From Candidatus Ozemobacteraceae bacterium (GTDB lineage Bacteria > Muiribacteriota > Ozemobacteria > Ozemobacterales > Ozemobacteraceae): a DNA stretch of 64,000 bases. The translations under genes and the position numbers were made by a program. Positions 1 to 9,288 of the stretch are shown piece by piece. The notes beneath the pieces were generated by a model, which saw nothing but the letters and a program-made list of their open reading frames with translations, had not been told where the DNA came from and searched no databases. How positions within the stretch are numbered: the first letter of the stretch is position 1; each line of letters opens with the position of its first letter. The stretch is taken from positions 2,720,001-2,784,000 of the forward strand of contig OZ223236.1 in NCBI GenBank assembly GCA_965140445.1, in the 5' to 3' direction.

Positions 1-80
1 ATCCCAGAAAGCTAATCATGGGATTTCTATAAAATAAAACACTAAATAAAAATCAAATTTCAAAATGAAAGGAAACTATT

Positions 81-587
81 ATGAAATCATATTTTTCTCT
101 TACGATAAGCTTGTTGATTGGATTCGTATCAGGTTGTGTCTTTGCTGGTGTAGCAATGAATATTTCTGCTTCTTCGATGATGTTGAAAGAAATAAAGAGT
201 CCATTTGATCACCCTAAGACTGTTAGCAAAATTTGTGAAAACATTGAAAAACAAGCTGGATGGCATGTTGTTTCGGTTATTAATCAGCAAGAAGAGTGTT
301 TGAAGAATGGTGGGGCCAACATTGGCAAGTTTACAATTGTTAAATATTGCAATGGAAAAATTGCCTCAGAAATGCTTATGGCAGATGATCGCAAGAGAAT
401 GGGAGCCATGATGCCAAAAGCTCTTGCTATTTATGAAAAAAGCAGCGGACAGGTATTTGTTTCAACTGCAAATGGCGCGGTTATGGGTAAACTATTTGGT
501 GGCGAAGCTGAAAAGATTATAGAAAAGGTTTCTTTAGAGGTCGAAAATATGCTTAGCTTTCTAAACTTTAAGTTCTCAATTTTTTAA
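81..587 (+). CDS. DUF302 domain-containing protein with N-terminal hydrophobic segment
   Basis: 168 aa ORF with AGGA SD; 'IVKYCNGKIASEML...GAMMPKALAIYEK.SGQVFVS' resembles DUF302. Confidence 0.7.
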   Translation: MKSYFSLTISLLIGFVSGCVFAGVAMNISASSMMLKEIKSPFDHPKTVSKICENIEKQAGWHVVSVINQQEECLKNGGANIGKFTIVKYCNGKIASEMLMADDRKRMGAMMPKALAIYEKSSGQVFVSTANGAVMGKLFGGEAEKIIEKVSLEVENMLSFLNFKFSIF

Positions 588-619
588 ACAGAGATTGAAA
601 AAAACTAATAAAGAACATT

Positions 620-671
620 CCAGGCTGCTTGTTTTTAAGCTTGTAAATTTTGCTTGAAAATGAGCAGCTGG
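620..671 (+). other. Long imperfect RNA hairpin 3' of the DUF302 gene
   Basis: CCAGGCTGCTTGTTTTTAAGC...GCTTGAAAATGAGCAGCTGG pairs using several G-U wobbles on the + strand. Confidence 0.4.
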
Positions 672-936
672 TTAACATCGCAATACTTTGTTTCTCAAAA
701 ACTGAAATAAGAATGAAGAGTTTTAGATAAAATATAGTCTGTTTGCTGCCTAAGTTAATAGTTTTTTAGGGCTCAGATTTTCATTTAGCTTTCTAGTAAG
801 TCTGCACTTATAGTAAATGGTTTCATATTAATCCTAAAAATAATGGTAAAGCTCTTATAATAAATCAGATAATTTCAATGACATCATGAAAGTGCTATAA
901 AATCAGAAGTCTCACTAATCATCAGGAGTTTTAAAA

Positions 937-1470
937 ATGGGCATTCCAACAATAAAAACTGAACGTTTAATTCTAACTCAGTTTTCTTTAGAAGATTCTT
1001 CCAGAGTTGAAGAGCTGGCTGGAAATAAAGCGGTTTCTGATACTACAGCAACAATTCCATATCCATATCCAAAAGATTCATCAAAAGAATGAATTGCTCA
1101 ACATTTGCTTTGGTTCATCCGTGGTAACGCGGTTACATTTGCCATTAGATTAAAAGATGGAACTTTAATTGGATGTGTTAGCCTCGGAGTTTCTAAAAAA
1201 GATGAAAGAGCGGAACTTGGCTATTGGATAGGGCAGGATTACTGGAATAAAGGATATGCAACAGAAGCATCCTTCGCTTGCATCGAATTTGGATTTAACC
1301 ACTTTAATTTAAATAAGATTTCTTGCAGACATCTGGGAATAAATCCCTCATCGGGAAGAGTAATGGAAAAACTTGGAATGACAAAAGAGGGATACTTAAA
1401 ACAACATTTCAAAAAGAATGGGATTTTCCATGATGTCGTTGAATACGGATTATTGAGGAAAAAGCTTTAG
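937..1470 (+). pseudogene. RimJ/RimL-family GNAT N-acetyltransferase interrupted by in-frame TGA at 1090-1092
   Basis: ATG 937 with AGGAG SD; reads [13 protein letters not shown]...[16 protein letters not shown] in the same frame as ORF 1105..1470 (AELGYWIG..YWNKGYATEA, N..S.RV.EKLG). Confidence 0.8.
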
Positions 1471-2157
1471 TTAAGGAACAATTGCAACGGGGGTACCAGT
1501 AGCAATATTCCAGAACAATTCTTCAATATGGATGTTATGCATAGCAATACTTCCATGGGTCCAGTTGGACTCAGTGCCAAAACCCTGGATCCCAATCGGG
1601 CCACCCATCTTTGTATTAGTAGGAGGCACGGTGTTGTCTTCCCAAGCTTTTATGATGGCCTGTTCTTCGCTAGGCATAACTAATTGCTGAACTGCTCCAC
1701 GTTTGGCATCATCCGGGCTGGGGTAATTCAATTGCAGAAAGAGATGATATCTGGCATCAGGGTCTTTATAGCAAATGTGGTATTGCCCTTCGGGGGTTTT
1801 ATTGTCTTTTCCGTTTAGCTTTATTCCGACCGGGTCTTTTCCTAGTGCGACAGGGTAAGTAGCAATTATAGTGTCTTCGTGAAGAAGCAACAATTCTTTG
1901 TTTCTTTTTCTGATCAGAATTTGAAGATCTAAAAGTTCTCTGGTCAAACCTGCATTTTTAAGTTTCTGATCAAAGCTCTTTATTGCTCTAGCTTTGCCTT
2001 TATTACTAAACAAATGGGCTATTTCTTCGATAAATAAATACTTAAGAGGCGTGAATAAAGTAATTAAAAAGAAAATAAAGCTGAATATCATAAAAAGCTT
2101 AAAAAATATGTCCCCGGCTTTTTTCCCAGGATGAGCAACATTACGCAAATTTGACAT
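1471..2157 (-). CDS. YkuD/L,D-transpeptidase-family protein, membrane anchored, catalytic residues substituted
   Basis: YPVALG..P.G.K...DNKTPEG.Y and LNYP motifs; active-site region reads IQG...WTHGSIA instead of IHG...GCIA. Confidence 0.8.
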   Translation of the reverse strand: MSNLRNVAHPGKKAGDIFFKLFMIFSFIFFLITLFTPLKYLFIEEIAHLFSNKGKARAIKSFDQKLKNAGLTRELLDLQILIRKRNKELLLLHEDTIIATYPVALGKDPVGIKLNGKDNKTPEGQYHICYKDPDARYHLFLQLNYPSPDDAKRGAVQQLVMPSEEQAIIKAWEDNTVPPTNTKMGGPIGIQGFGTESNWTHGSIAMHNIHIEELFWNIATGTPVAIVP

Positions 2158-2170
2158 TAACTAACCCTTA

Positions 2171-2767
2171 TTAAACGATATGGCCAAACCAGGCTACAAG
2201 AATATATCTGAGAGTTCTACTAATCCAGCTTGCAAGAACAACTTTTCCAAGTGGCATATTATAGATACCCCCTATCCAACAGACGGCAGAATAGGGAATC
2301 GGAGAGACTCCTGCAACAAAAATAGCTAGGGCTCCATGGTCTTTAAAAAGTTTTCTTCCCTTTCTAAGCATGCTAGAGCCAAAAACTCTTCTAAATCTCC
2401 ATGGCCCAAAAAATCGCCCAAGAAAAAATCCTGTCATTCCACCCATCCCGCTGGAAAGACCAGCTATAAAGGCTGTTGTCCAAAGATTTGCGCCACCAAA
2501 CGATGAGCCAAAGACAATTACATCGGCTGGAATAGGTTGAATAATTACATCTGCCGCCCAGCAAAGAAGAAATAGGGCTGGATAGCCGTAATTATTAACC
2601 GTATTGGTAGCAGCAACCTTGATTGCAACGCGATAATGCAAAAAGATAAAAAATAGACCTGCCATTCCAACTAAAAATGCAATTGCAGAGCTTTTAGTGG
2701 AACCGTCAGCAAAGAATTCTCTTAAGGAAGATTTTTTTTCTTCCTGTTTGTGCTTATTGTGACTCAT
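2171..2767 (-). CDS. DedA/VTT (YqaA-like) membrane protein
   Basis: Hydrophobic; 'PIPADV', 'GFFLGR', 'AGVSPIPYS', 'SRTLRY' motifs of the DedA family. Confidence 0.8.
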   Translation of the reverse strand: MSHNKHKQEEKKSSLREFFADGSTKSSAIAFLVGMAGLFFIFLHYRVAIKVAATNTVNNYGYPALFLLCWAADVIIQPIPADVIVFGSSFGGANLWTTAFIAGLSSGMGGMTGFFLGRFFGPWRFRRVFGSSMLRKGRKLFKDHGALAIFVAGVSPIPYSAVCWIGGIYNMPLGKVVLASWISRTLRYILVAWFGHIV

Positions 2768-2872
2768 AGTATTGAGCTTTCATTGGTTTTCCAAACAATC
2801 GAATCATTGGGTTGTTTTAATAACCATTAAAAAAAAATATATTAAAAAATTTTCAAAAGAATCCTAAAAGAA

Positions 2873-2910
2873 AAAAGGCGAACTAAACCTTTTGGTTTAA
2901 TTCGCCTTTT
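2873..2910 (-). terminator. Rho-independent terminator
   Basis: AAAAGGCGAA-C-TAAACC/GGTTTA-A-TTCGCCTTTT inverted repeat just after the stop at 2923. Confidence 0.75.
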
Positions 2911-2922
2911 ATCTTTTAATAA

Positions 2923-3594
2923 TTAAATGGTTTTAAGCAAATCTCTTGTTCTTTGAGCAAGTTCCTGAATTTTTACATTTTCAGGTTTTTCATTTGCCAT
3001 GAAATTGATTTTTGTAATAATTTTTCTCAAAACCGGTTTAAAGTTTGAAATTCCTTTATCATTGGAATGATTCTTTAAATAGGTGGTAAGGACTCTTGCT
3101 TTAACTAGTGAGCCATCATTCAATTCATTAATAATAACTTCAGCAACGGTATCTTGTACAAAAGCAAGAAACTTTGAGTTTTTAAGCTTGCGGAGTCCAA
3201 CTACATTTGCTGCAAAACTGGCTTTACTGGTAATTTTTATATCAAGATGGGTTAACATTCTGCCCTTTTTGTCTCTAAGAACAAGTTTGGTTTTACCATT
3301 CTTCCAATTTTCAACTTTGCCATAAGCATGGGTAATAAAATGGCCTTTTGTATCTCTTACAACCCATTTAGATTTGCCGCTCCAGGACTCAAGGCGACCA
3401 ATGTTCCAAGTAACAAAGTGTCCTTTGCTATCCCTGACAACAAATTTAATTCCTTTGCTTTTCCAGGCTTCATAGGCTCTGGTTAAATCTTTAACTGTTC
3501 TATCTGACTGTTTGGCAGCAAAAACGCTGCTGATCTGAAATGCAAAAAGAAAAATCAGGGACAAAACTGCAAATTTTTTCAAAAAGGTTTTCAT
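2923..3594 (-). CDS. Secreted basic hypothetical protein with three RDxKG repeats
   Basis: ATG 3594 preceded by GGAGG; signal peptide ending VFA; repeats VVRDSKGHF, VVRDTKGHF, VLRDKKGRM. Confidence 0.7.
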   Translation of the reverse strand: MKTFLKKFAVLSLIFLFAFQISSVFAAKQSDRTVKDLTRAYEAWKSKGIKFVVRDSKGHFVTWNIGRLESWSGKSKWVVRDTKGHFITHAYGKVENWKNGKTKLVLRDKKGRMLTHLDIKITSKASFAANVVGLRKLKNSKFLAFVQDTVAEVIINELNDGSLVKARVLTTYLKNHSNDKGISNFKPVLRKIITKINFMANEKPENVKIQELAQRTRDLLKTI

Positions 3595-3617
3595 CGTAAC
3601 CTCCAAGGTTTTTGGGG

Positions 3618-3647
3618 ATTATACCAGTCTATTGGTAAGAATGGCAA
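3618..3647 (-). promoter_or_regulatory. Sigma70-type promoter
   Basis: Minus strand TTGCCA-N18-TATAAT with extended -10 TG. Confidence 0.5.
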
Positions 3648-3828
3648 TTTTTATACTAACTATAAATCACAAATGCGATTCTAAAACCTGGTTTTCATAA
3701 TATGAAGGTTAGTTTTAAAATCAGTAAGCAGTTATAAATACGAAATTCCAAGTGAAAAGTTTCCCAAAATTTTAAAATCAAATGTTATAATTTCTCTAAT
3801 CAAAGATCTTATTCAAGCTGGAGACAAA

Positions 3829-6800
3829 ATGCCCAGAGACGAAGTTTTTTCAGTATTCAAAAAGTATAAAAACGACAGTGAAATTTTTCATGATCTAATG
3901 CGTTTTAAGGTCAGAGAAATTCTTCTTATAGCAACAATTTATGACGCCTTTACTCTGGAACAAGATGGACTATTGGCCGAGAAAATTTTTGGTGAGTATT
4001 ACCAACTCAATCTCACCAGCGCACCCAGAATTACGTCTGTAGCATCTACTGAGGATGCTATTGATTTACTTGAAGAGCGCCCCTTTGATATGGTTGTAGT
4101 TCTTAGTCGCTTTAACAAAGTAGAATCGTTATTTTCTGCTGAATTGATAAAAGATAAATGGCCAGATTTGCCGATTATGCTGCTTTTAAATGATAATGCT
4201 GAATTAGGCTTTATCAGCCAAAAAAGTGAGCTTTTCAGGTTTTACGACAATGTTTTTGTTTATAACGGGAATTCTGAAATCTTCCTGGCAATGATCAAAT
4301 ATGTAGAAGATATTAAAAACGCTGATAATGATACTGCTGTCGGAGATGTGAGGATAATTTTACTGGTTGAAGATTCAGTCAGATATTATTCAAGATATCT
4401 TCCGCATCTTTATTCTGAGCTAATCAGACAAACAACCAAGCTTGTTGAAGAAGAATTGCAGGATGAAACTAAAAAAGTTTTAAAAATGCGTTGCAGACCT
4501 AAGATCATCCTTGCAACCAATTACGAAGAGGCATTGGAATGGTTTGAATATTACAAGGATTACATGCTTTGCGTAATCACCGATATTAAATACCGCAAGG
4601 ACGGAATTCTTGATGATAGGGCTGGAATTAAGCTGACACAACTTTTGAAAGAGCTGAATCCGGATCTTCCTGTATTGATTCAGTCTTCTGAACCAGACAT
4701 GGAAAAAGCAGCGAAGGAGTTGGGCGTTTCCTTTTTGCACAAAGATTCGTTGTTTCTTTCCAAAAAATTGACGAGGTTTTTCCATCGAAATCTTGGATTC
4801 GGAGATTTTGTTTTTAGAAATGAGAGTGGTCAGGAAATTACCAGGGCCAGGACCATGGCAGACTTCAGAAGTTGCTTGAAAAAAGTTCCAATTGAGTCAA
4901 TTAAATTCCATGCAAGTCGAAATCATTTCTCAACCTGGCTTCTTGCTCGCGGTGAAGTCCAGACGGCCAAAGTTGTTTCTAAAATTCATTTTACGGATTT
5001 CGGAACTATTGAAGAGCTGCGGGATTTTTTGATTAACATGGGAAACTGGGTTTTCCGAATGAAGACCCGTGGAAAAGTAATTTCATTCAATAAAGCTTTT
5101 ATCGGTGATGGAAGACATATCTGCAGATTGGCAGAAGGTTCGTTGGGCGGTAAGGGGCGTGGAATTGCCTTCATGAATTATCTTTTATGTAATTCTGGTT
5201 TATCTGAAACAATTCCTGAAATTTCTATCAAGATTCCCAAAACTCTTGTAATCGGGATTGATGAATTTAGCGTATTTCTGGAAACAAATAATCTTGCTGA
5301 CTATGTGGCTCAAGAGAGGGATTACAATAAGATTAAGGAACGATTTCTTGCAGGTAGTTTAACAGAAGAGCTTGTAAGTAGATTAAAAACAGTTATAGAT
5401 GAAATACGTGCGCCGATTGCGGTTAGATCCTCCGGGGTTCTTGAAGATGCCGTTTCTCACCCACTTTCAGGGCTCTACGAAACTTTTTTTCTACCCAATA
5501 ATGATCCTGATAAAACGGTTCGACTTGGCCAGCTTTGTGATGGGATAAAACTGGTTTTTGCCTCTGTTTATTCGCGAGAAGCACGGGAATATTTTGAGGC
5601 AATTAACTATAACATCGAAGAAGAAAAGATGGCGATTGTTATTCAGGAAGTTGTAGGGCGAAAGTATGGCGATAGATTTTATCCATCCTTCTCTGGGGTT
5701 GCCCAGTCATATAACTACTACCCGTTTTCATATATAAAACCAGAAGATGGTGTCTGTATAGCCGCTATGGGTTTGGGAAGATATGTGGTTGGTGGCGAGA
5801 AGTCTTTTCGTTTTTGCCCGGCCTATCCTAAGCTTGAGATTTTAACTCCAGAGGAGCTGGTTAAAAATTCCCAAAAAAAATTCTACTCCCTGGATTTAAC
5901 CAATGATGGATTAGATTTAATCAATGGTGAAGATGCAACTTTGGAAAAGCTCGACATTAGAGTTGGTGAAACAGACGGAGTCCTGCAAAGGCTAGCTTCG
6001 ACGTGGAATCATCTGGATCAAAGGCTTGAAATAGGTACAGAGGGAAGGGGACCAAGGGTAATTAACTTTGCGGAAATACTTCAGTATGAATCATTTCCTA
6101 TTGCCAGAGTTGTTCAGCAAATTCTGGAAGTATCTGGCGAAGCCATGGAAAGCCCTGTAGAAATAGAGTTTGCAGTTGATCTTGAGAATTCTGAAGAAGG
6201 AAAGCCCACCTTTTACATGCTTCAACTTAAGCATATGTTTAGGGAAACTGATGAATGCAACGTTTTCATGGAATGTGTGGATAAGGAAAAGCTAATGCTT
6301 TTCTCCAATCAGGGCATGGGCAATGGACGAATTGAAGGTATCTCTGATGTGATTTGGGTCGATCCGGATAAGTTTGATAAATCAAAAACTGAAGAGATGG
6401 CTCAGGAAGTCGAGAAGCTTAATCTTAAAATGAAAGAAGAAGGCAAGAAATATATCCTACTTGGGCCAGGCCGTTGGGGTACAAGAGATCGCTGGCTTGG
6501 AATACCTGTTAGCTGGCCACAAATTTCTTGTGCAAAAGTTATTGTTGAATATGGCTTGGAAGATTTTAGAGTAGATGCTTCAATGGGGTCTCATTTTTTC
6601 CATAATGTAACCTCAATGAATATTGGATACTTTTCTGTTGCACAGGATTCCGGTGATGGAAAAATTGATTGGACTTGGCTGAAACAGCAGAAAATTGTGG
6701 ACCAGGGAAAATTCTTTGTCCATTCAAAAGTTCAGAACGATGTTGCAGTAATTATGGATGGCCGAAAAGGATTGTTTGTAATTTATAAAAAAGCCGAAGA

Positions 6801-6861
6801 TTCCGTAGAAATGGAGGCTTGCGAGGTTGACATAAAGGCTGTTCAAGGTGTTCTGGATTGA
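3829..6861 (+). CDS. Receiver-domain / PEP-pyruvate-binding (PPDK_N-like) domain protein
   Basis: REC-like segments (ILLVEDS; CVITD...AG), ATP-grasp motifs GGKGRG, AVRSS..ED, MAIVIQEVVG, EIEFA; no phosphohistidine swivel domain seen. Confidence 0.8.
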   Translation: MPRDEVFSVFKKYKNDSEIFHDLMRFKVREILLIATIYDAFTLEQDGLLAEKIFGEYYQLNLTSAPRITSVASTEDAIDLLEERPFDMVVVLSRFNKVESLFSAELIKDKWPDLPIMLLLNDNAELGFISQKSELFRFYDNVFVYNGNSEIFLAMIKYVEDIKNADNDTAVGDVRIILLVEDSVRYYSRYLPHLYSELIRQTTKLVEEELQDETKKVLKMRCRPKIILATNYEEALEWFEYYKDYMLCVITDIKYRKDGILDDRAGIKLTQLLKELNPDLPVLIQSSEPDMEKAAKELGVSFLHKDSLFLSKKLTRFFHRNLGFGDFVFRNESGQEITRARTMADFRSCLKKVPIESIKFHASRNHFSTWLLARGEVQTAKVVSKIHFTDFGTIEELRDFLINMGNWVFRMKTRGKVISFNKAFIGDGRHICRLAEGSLGGKGRGIAFMNYLLCNSGLSETIPEISIKIPKTLVIGIDEFSVFLETNNLADYVAQERDYNKIKERFLAGSLTEELVSRLKTVIDEIRAPIAVRSSGVLEDAVSHPLSGLYETFFLPNNDPDKTVRLGQLCDGIKLVFASVYSREAREYFEAINYNIEEEKMAIVIQEVVGRKYGDRFYPSFSGVAQSYNYYPFSYIKPEDGVCIAAMGLGRYVVGGEKSFRFCPAYPKLEILTPEELVKNSQKKFYSLDLTNDGLDLINGEDATLEKLDIRVGETDGVLQRLASTWNHLDQRLEIGTEGRGPRVINFAEILQYESFPIARVVQQILEVSGEAMESPVEIEFAVDLENSEEGKPTFYMLQLKHMFRETDECNVFMECVDKEKLMLFSNQGMGNGRIEGISDVIWVDPDKFDKSKTEEMAQEVEKLNLKMKEEGKKYILLGPGRWGTRDRWLGIPVSWPQISCAKVIVEYGLEDFRVDASMGSHFFHNVTSMNIGYFSVAQDSGDGKIDWTWLKQQKIVDQGKFFVHSKVQNDVAVIMDGRKGLFVIYKKAEDSVEMEACEVDIKAVQGVLD

Positions 6862-7739
6862 AGCTGATTAGATATTCAAAAATTGATGAAAATACTGGGA
6901 AATGCAGTTTAAAAAAGCTCTGTTTTTCTGCCTTGTTAGTTTCTTTTTGTTTTTTGTGCTTAGAGTCTGCTTCAGCAAACTATATAACTGACCAGATAAA
7001 TTCACTTCGGTCACAAATTAGAGACAAATTAAAGAAAACTCGCACCAACAAGGTCGTTCCTAAGATTCGCTTAAATAAAACATTGCCCACTCAAAATACT
7101 CAAACCCAAGCGGATGAACAAGATCAACAGATCAAGCAAAACTCTAAACTTCTGAAGATAAGGAAGCCTACCACTTCCAAAACGCCTTCCCAGAACCGTA
7201 GACTGAGAAAAATCACCGTGCAGCCGCGAACGGTTAAAACAGATGAAGCTACCAGGCGAATGAACAAATTGAGTCTATATAGCGGCACATTGCCCGTTGT
7301 TGAAGGCTGGAAACAATATCGAGATCGGGAGCATGGCTATCGTATTCAAGCCCCAGCCGACTGGAATTCGACTTTCCAAATCGAAGGAGCGGAACATTTA
7401 AGAACAATTTTGAGCTCAGATCAATTGATTGCATTAAGAGTTGTAAGTTCCATTTCAGACAGAGAAAAGAACCCGGAAGATCTTAGAAAATCCTTTGAAA
7501 AGGATCGATTTAAAGGGGCTAAACTAATTCAGGTAAATTCAGGAAACCTTGCAAATATCCCTTCTTCGACAGCGTTTTATTCAAATAATTATCAAGGATT
7601 GCCAGTAAATATTGTTGCAGTGTATTTGTTAAAAGATGGTTATAGTTATGTAATCTGGATAATGGTTCCTCAAGAGTTGCTTCAGCAAAGAAGCTCCGAA
7701 GCTGAATCTGTTCTTTCAACCTTTGAATTTGTCCAATAA
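6858..7739 (+). CDS. Exported hypothetical protein with C-terminal PsbP/DcrB-like domain
   Basis: Signal-like segment ending ASA, basic linker, 'WKQYRDREHGYRIQAPADW...VLSTFEF'; start uncertain (TTG overlapping the upstream stop). Confidence 0.55.
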   Translation: MKLIRYSKIDENTGKCSLKKLCFSALLVSFCFLCLESASANYITDQINSLRSQIRDKLKKTRTNKVVPKIRLNKTLPTQNTQTQADEQDQQIKQNSKLLKIRKPTTSKTPSQNRRLRKITVQPRTVKTDEATRRMNKLSLYSGTLPVVEGWKQYRDREHGYRIQAPADWNSTFQIEGAEHLRTILSSDQLIALRVVSSISDREKNPEDLRKSFEKDRFKGAKLIQVNSGNLANIPSSTAFYSNNYQGLPVNIVAVYLLKDGYSYVIWIMVPQELLQQRSSEAESVLSTFEFVQ

Positions 7740-7777
7740 TAATGGGAATTAATTAGCTGCTAAAAAATGAAAAAGAA

Positions 7778-7808
7778 AAAGCCCACTCTAATCAATAGAG
7801 CGGGCTTT
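7778..7808. terminator. Bidirectional terminator between convergent genes
   Basis: AAAGCCCACTCTA-ATCAA-TAGAGCGGGCTTT. Confidence 0.7.
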
Positions 7809-7824
7809 GATTTTATATTATAGC

Positions 7825-9159
7825 TTAAACAATTCCCTGATCCATCATTGCATTTGCAACTTTCATGAAACCGGCAATGTTTGCACCCTTAATGTAGTTA
7901 ACTCGATCACCTTCTTTTCCATGCTCTACACAAGCGGCATGAATCGAATGCATAATCTGTTTCAATCTAGCGTCTACTTCATTTTCAGTCCAGTTCAAGC
8001 GTTCACTGTTCTGAGTCATTTCGAGACCTGATACCGCAACTCCACCGGCATTAACAGCTTTTCCAGGAGCGAAAAGCATTTTTTCTGATGCAATTTTCGC
8101 AGCTTCGGCTGTGCAACCCATGTTGGAAACTTCAAGAATCATTTTACATCCATTTTCCAGAAGCTTATTAACATCGTTTTCGTCACACTCATTTTGTGTA
8201 GCGCATAGTAGAGCTATATCGCATTTAACACCCCAAGGTTTTTCGCCTTTGAAGAATTTTGCTTCTGGATATCTTTCTACGTAGTCTTCTGCCTGATCAT
8301 TGCAAGATGCGCGCATGTCGAGAAGGAAATCGCATTTTTCTTCTGTGAAACCAGCTTCATCAAGAACATATCCGTCAGGTCCGCTGATAGTAATGATTTT
8401 GGCACCTAATTCTAGAAGCTTTTTAATTGCGCCCCAGGAAACATTACCAAAACCTGAAACTGCAACAACCTTGTCTTTAAAGGTTTCGCCAATTCTTTCA
8501 AGCATGTCAATTCCAAAATAAACTGCGCCATAACCAGTAGCTTCAGGTCTGATAAGGCTTCCGCCCCAACCACGACCCTTACCAGTTAACACACCAGTAA
8601 ATTCGTTAGTCAATCTTTTGTATTGGCCATAAAGGTAGCCGATTTCTCGACCGCCAACTCCGATATCACCTGCAGGAACGTCTGTATTTGGACCAACGTG
8701 TCTATAAAGTTCTGTCATAAAAGATTGGCAGAATCTCATAATTTCGTTGTCAGAACGACCCTTAGGATTAAAATCTGATCCACCTTTTCCGCCACCCATA
8801 GGAAGGGTAGTGAGGGCGTTTTTGAAAAGCTGTTCAAAACCTAAGAACTTAAGAATGGAAAGGTTAACGCTTGGATGGAATCTCAAGCCACCTTTGTAAG
8901 GACCGATTGCGCTGTTAAATTGAACTCTATAACCTCTGTTTATCTGGACTTCACCTTTGTCATCCACCCAGGGTACCCTGAACATTACAACCCTTTCGGC
9001 TTCAGCGATTCTTTCAAGAATCTTGTTTTTAACCATTCTAGGATTCTTTTGATAAGTATCCCATACGGTTTCAACAACTTCGTGAACCGCCTGATGAAAT
9101 TCAGGTTCATTAGGATTTTTGGCTTTGATCATGTCCATAAATTCTGCGATTGTCTTCAT
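7825..9159 (-). CDS. gdhA: NAD(P)-specific glutamate dehydrogenase
   Basis: GPYKGGLRFH, GGGKGG, DVPAGD, RPEATGYG, GFGNV; start moved to ATG 9159 (MKTIAEF, AGGA SD), giving 444 aa. Confidence 0.95.
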   Translation of the reverse strand: MKTIAEFMDMIKAKNPNEPEFHQAVHEVVETVWDTYQKNPRMVKNKILERIAEAERVVMFRVPWVDDKGEVQINRGYRVQFNSAIGPYKGGLRFHPSVNLSILKFLGFEQLFKNALTTLPMGGGKGGSDFNPKGRSDNEIMRFCQSFMTELYRHVGPNTDVPAGDIGVGGREIGYLYGQYKRLTNEFTGVLTGKGRGWGGSLIRPEATGYGAVYFGIDMLERIGETFKDKVVAVSGFGNVSWGAIKKLLELGAKIITISGPDGYVLDEAGFTEEKCDFLLDMRASCNDQAEDYVERYPEAKFFKGEKPWGVKCDIALLCATQNECDENDVNKLLENGCKMILEVSNMGCTAEAAKIASEKMLFAPGKAVNAGGVAVSGLEMTQNSERLNWTENEVDARLKQIMHSIHAACVEHGKEGDRVNYIKGANIAGFMKVANAMMDQGIV

Positions 9160-9288
9160 TGTTCCTGTTCCTTTCATAATCAGAAGATTAACCCGGATCG
9201 AACTTCGGTCCATATGGAAAAAATAACATGGAAAATAGAACAATACAACTACTTTGTTAAAAATTTCTCAAAATAGCATGAGCCTCTG

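Noticed and set aside
1090..1092. TGA reassignment (genetic code 4/25) or selenocysteine
   Set aside because: Trp is encoded by TGG throughout and TGA ends genes cleanly (e.g. 6861, 24091, 38609 with start overlaps). The position corresponds to Trp, not Cys.
9160..9243. N-terminal extension of GdhA in the ORF track
   Set aside because: SD position and family length support ATG 9159
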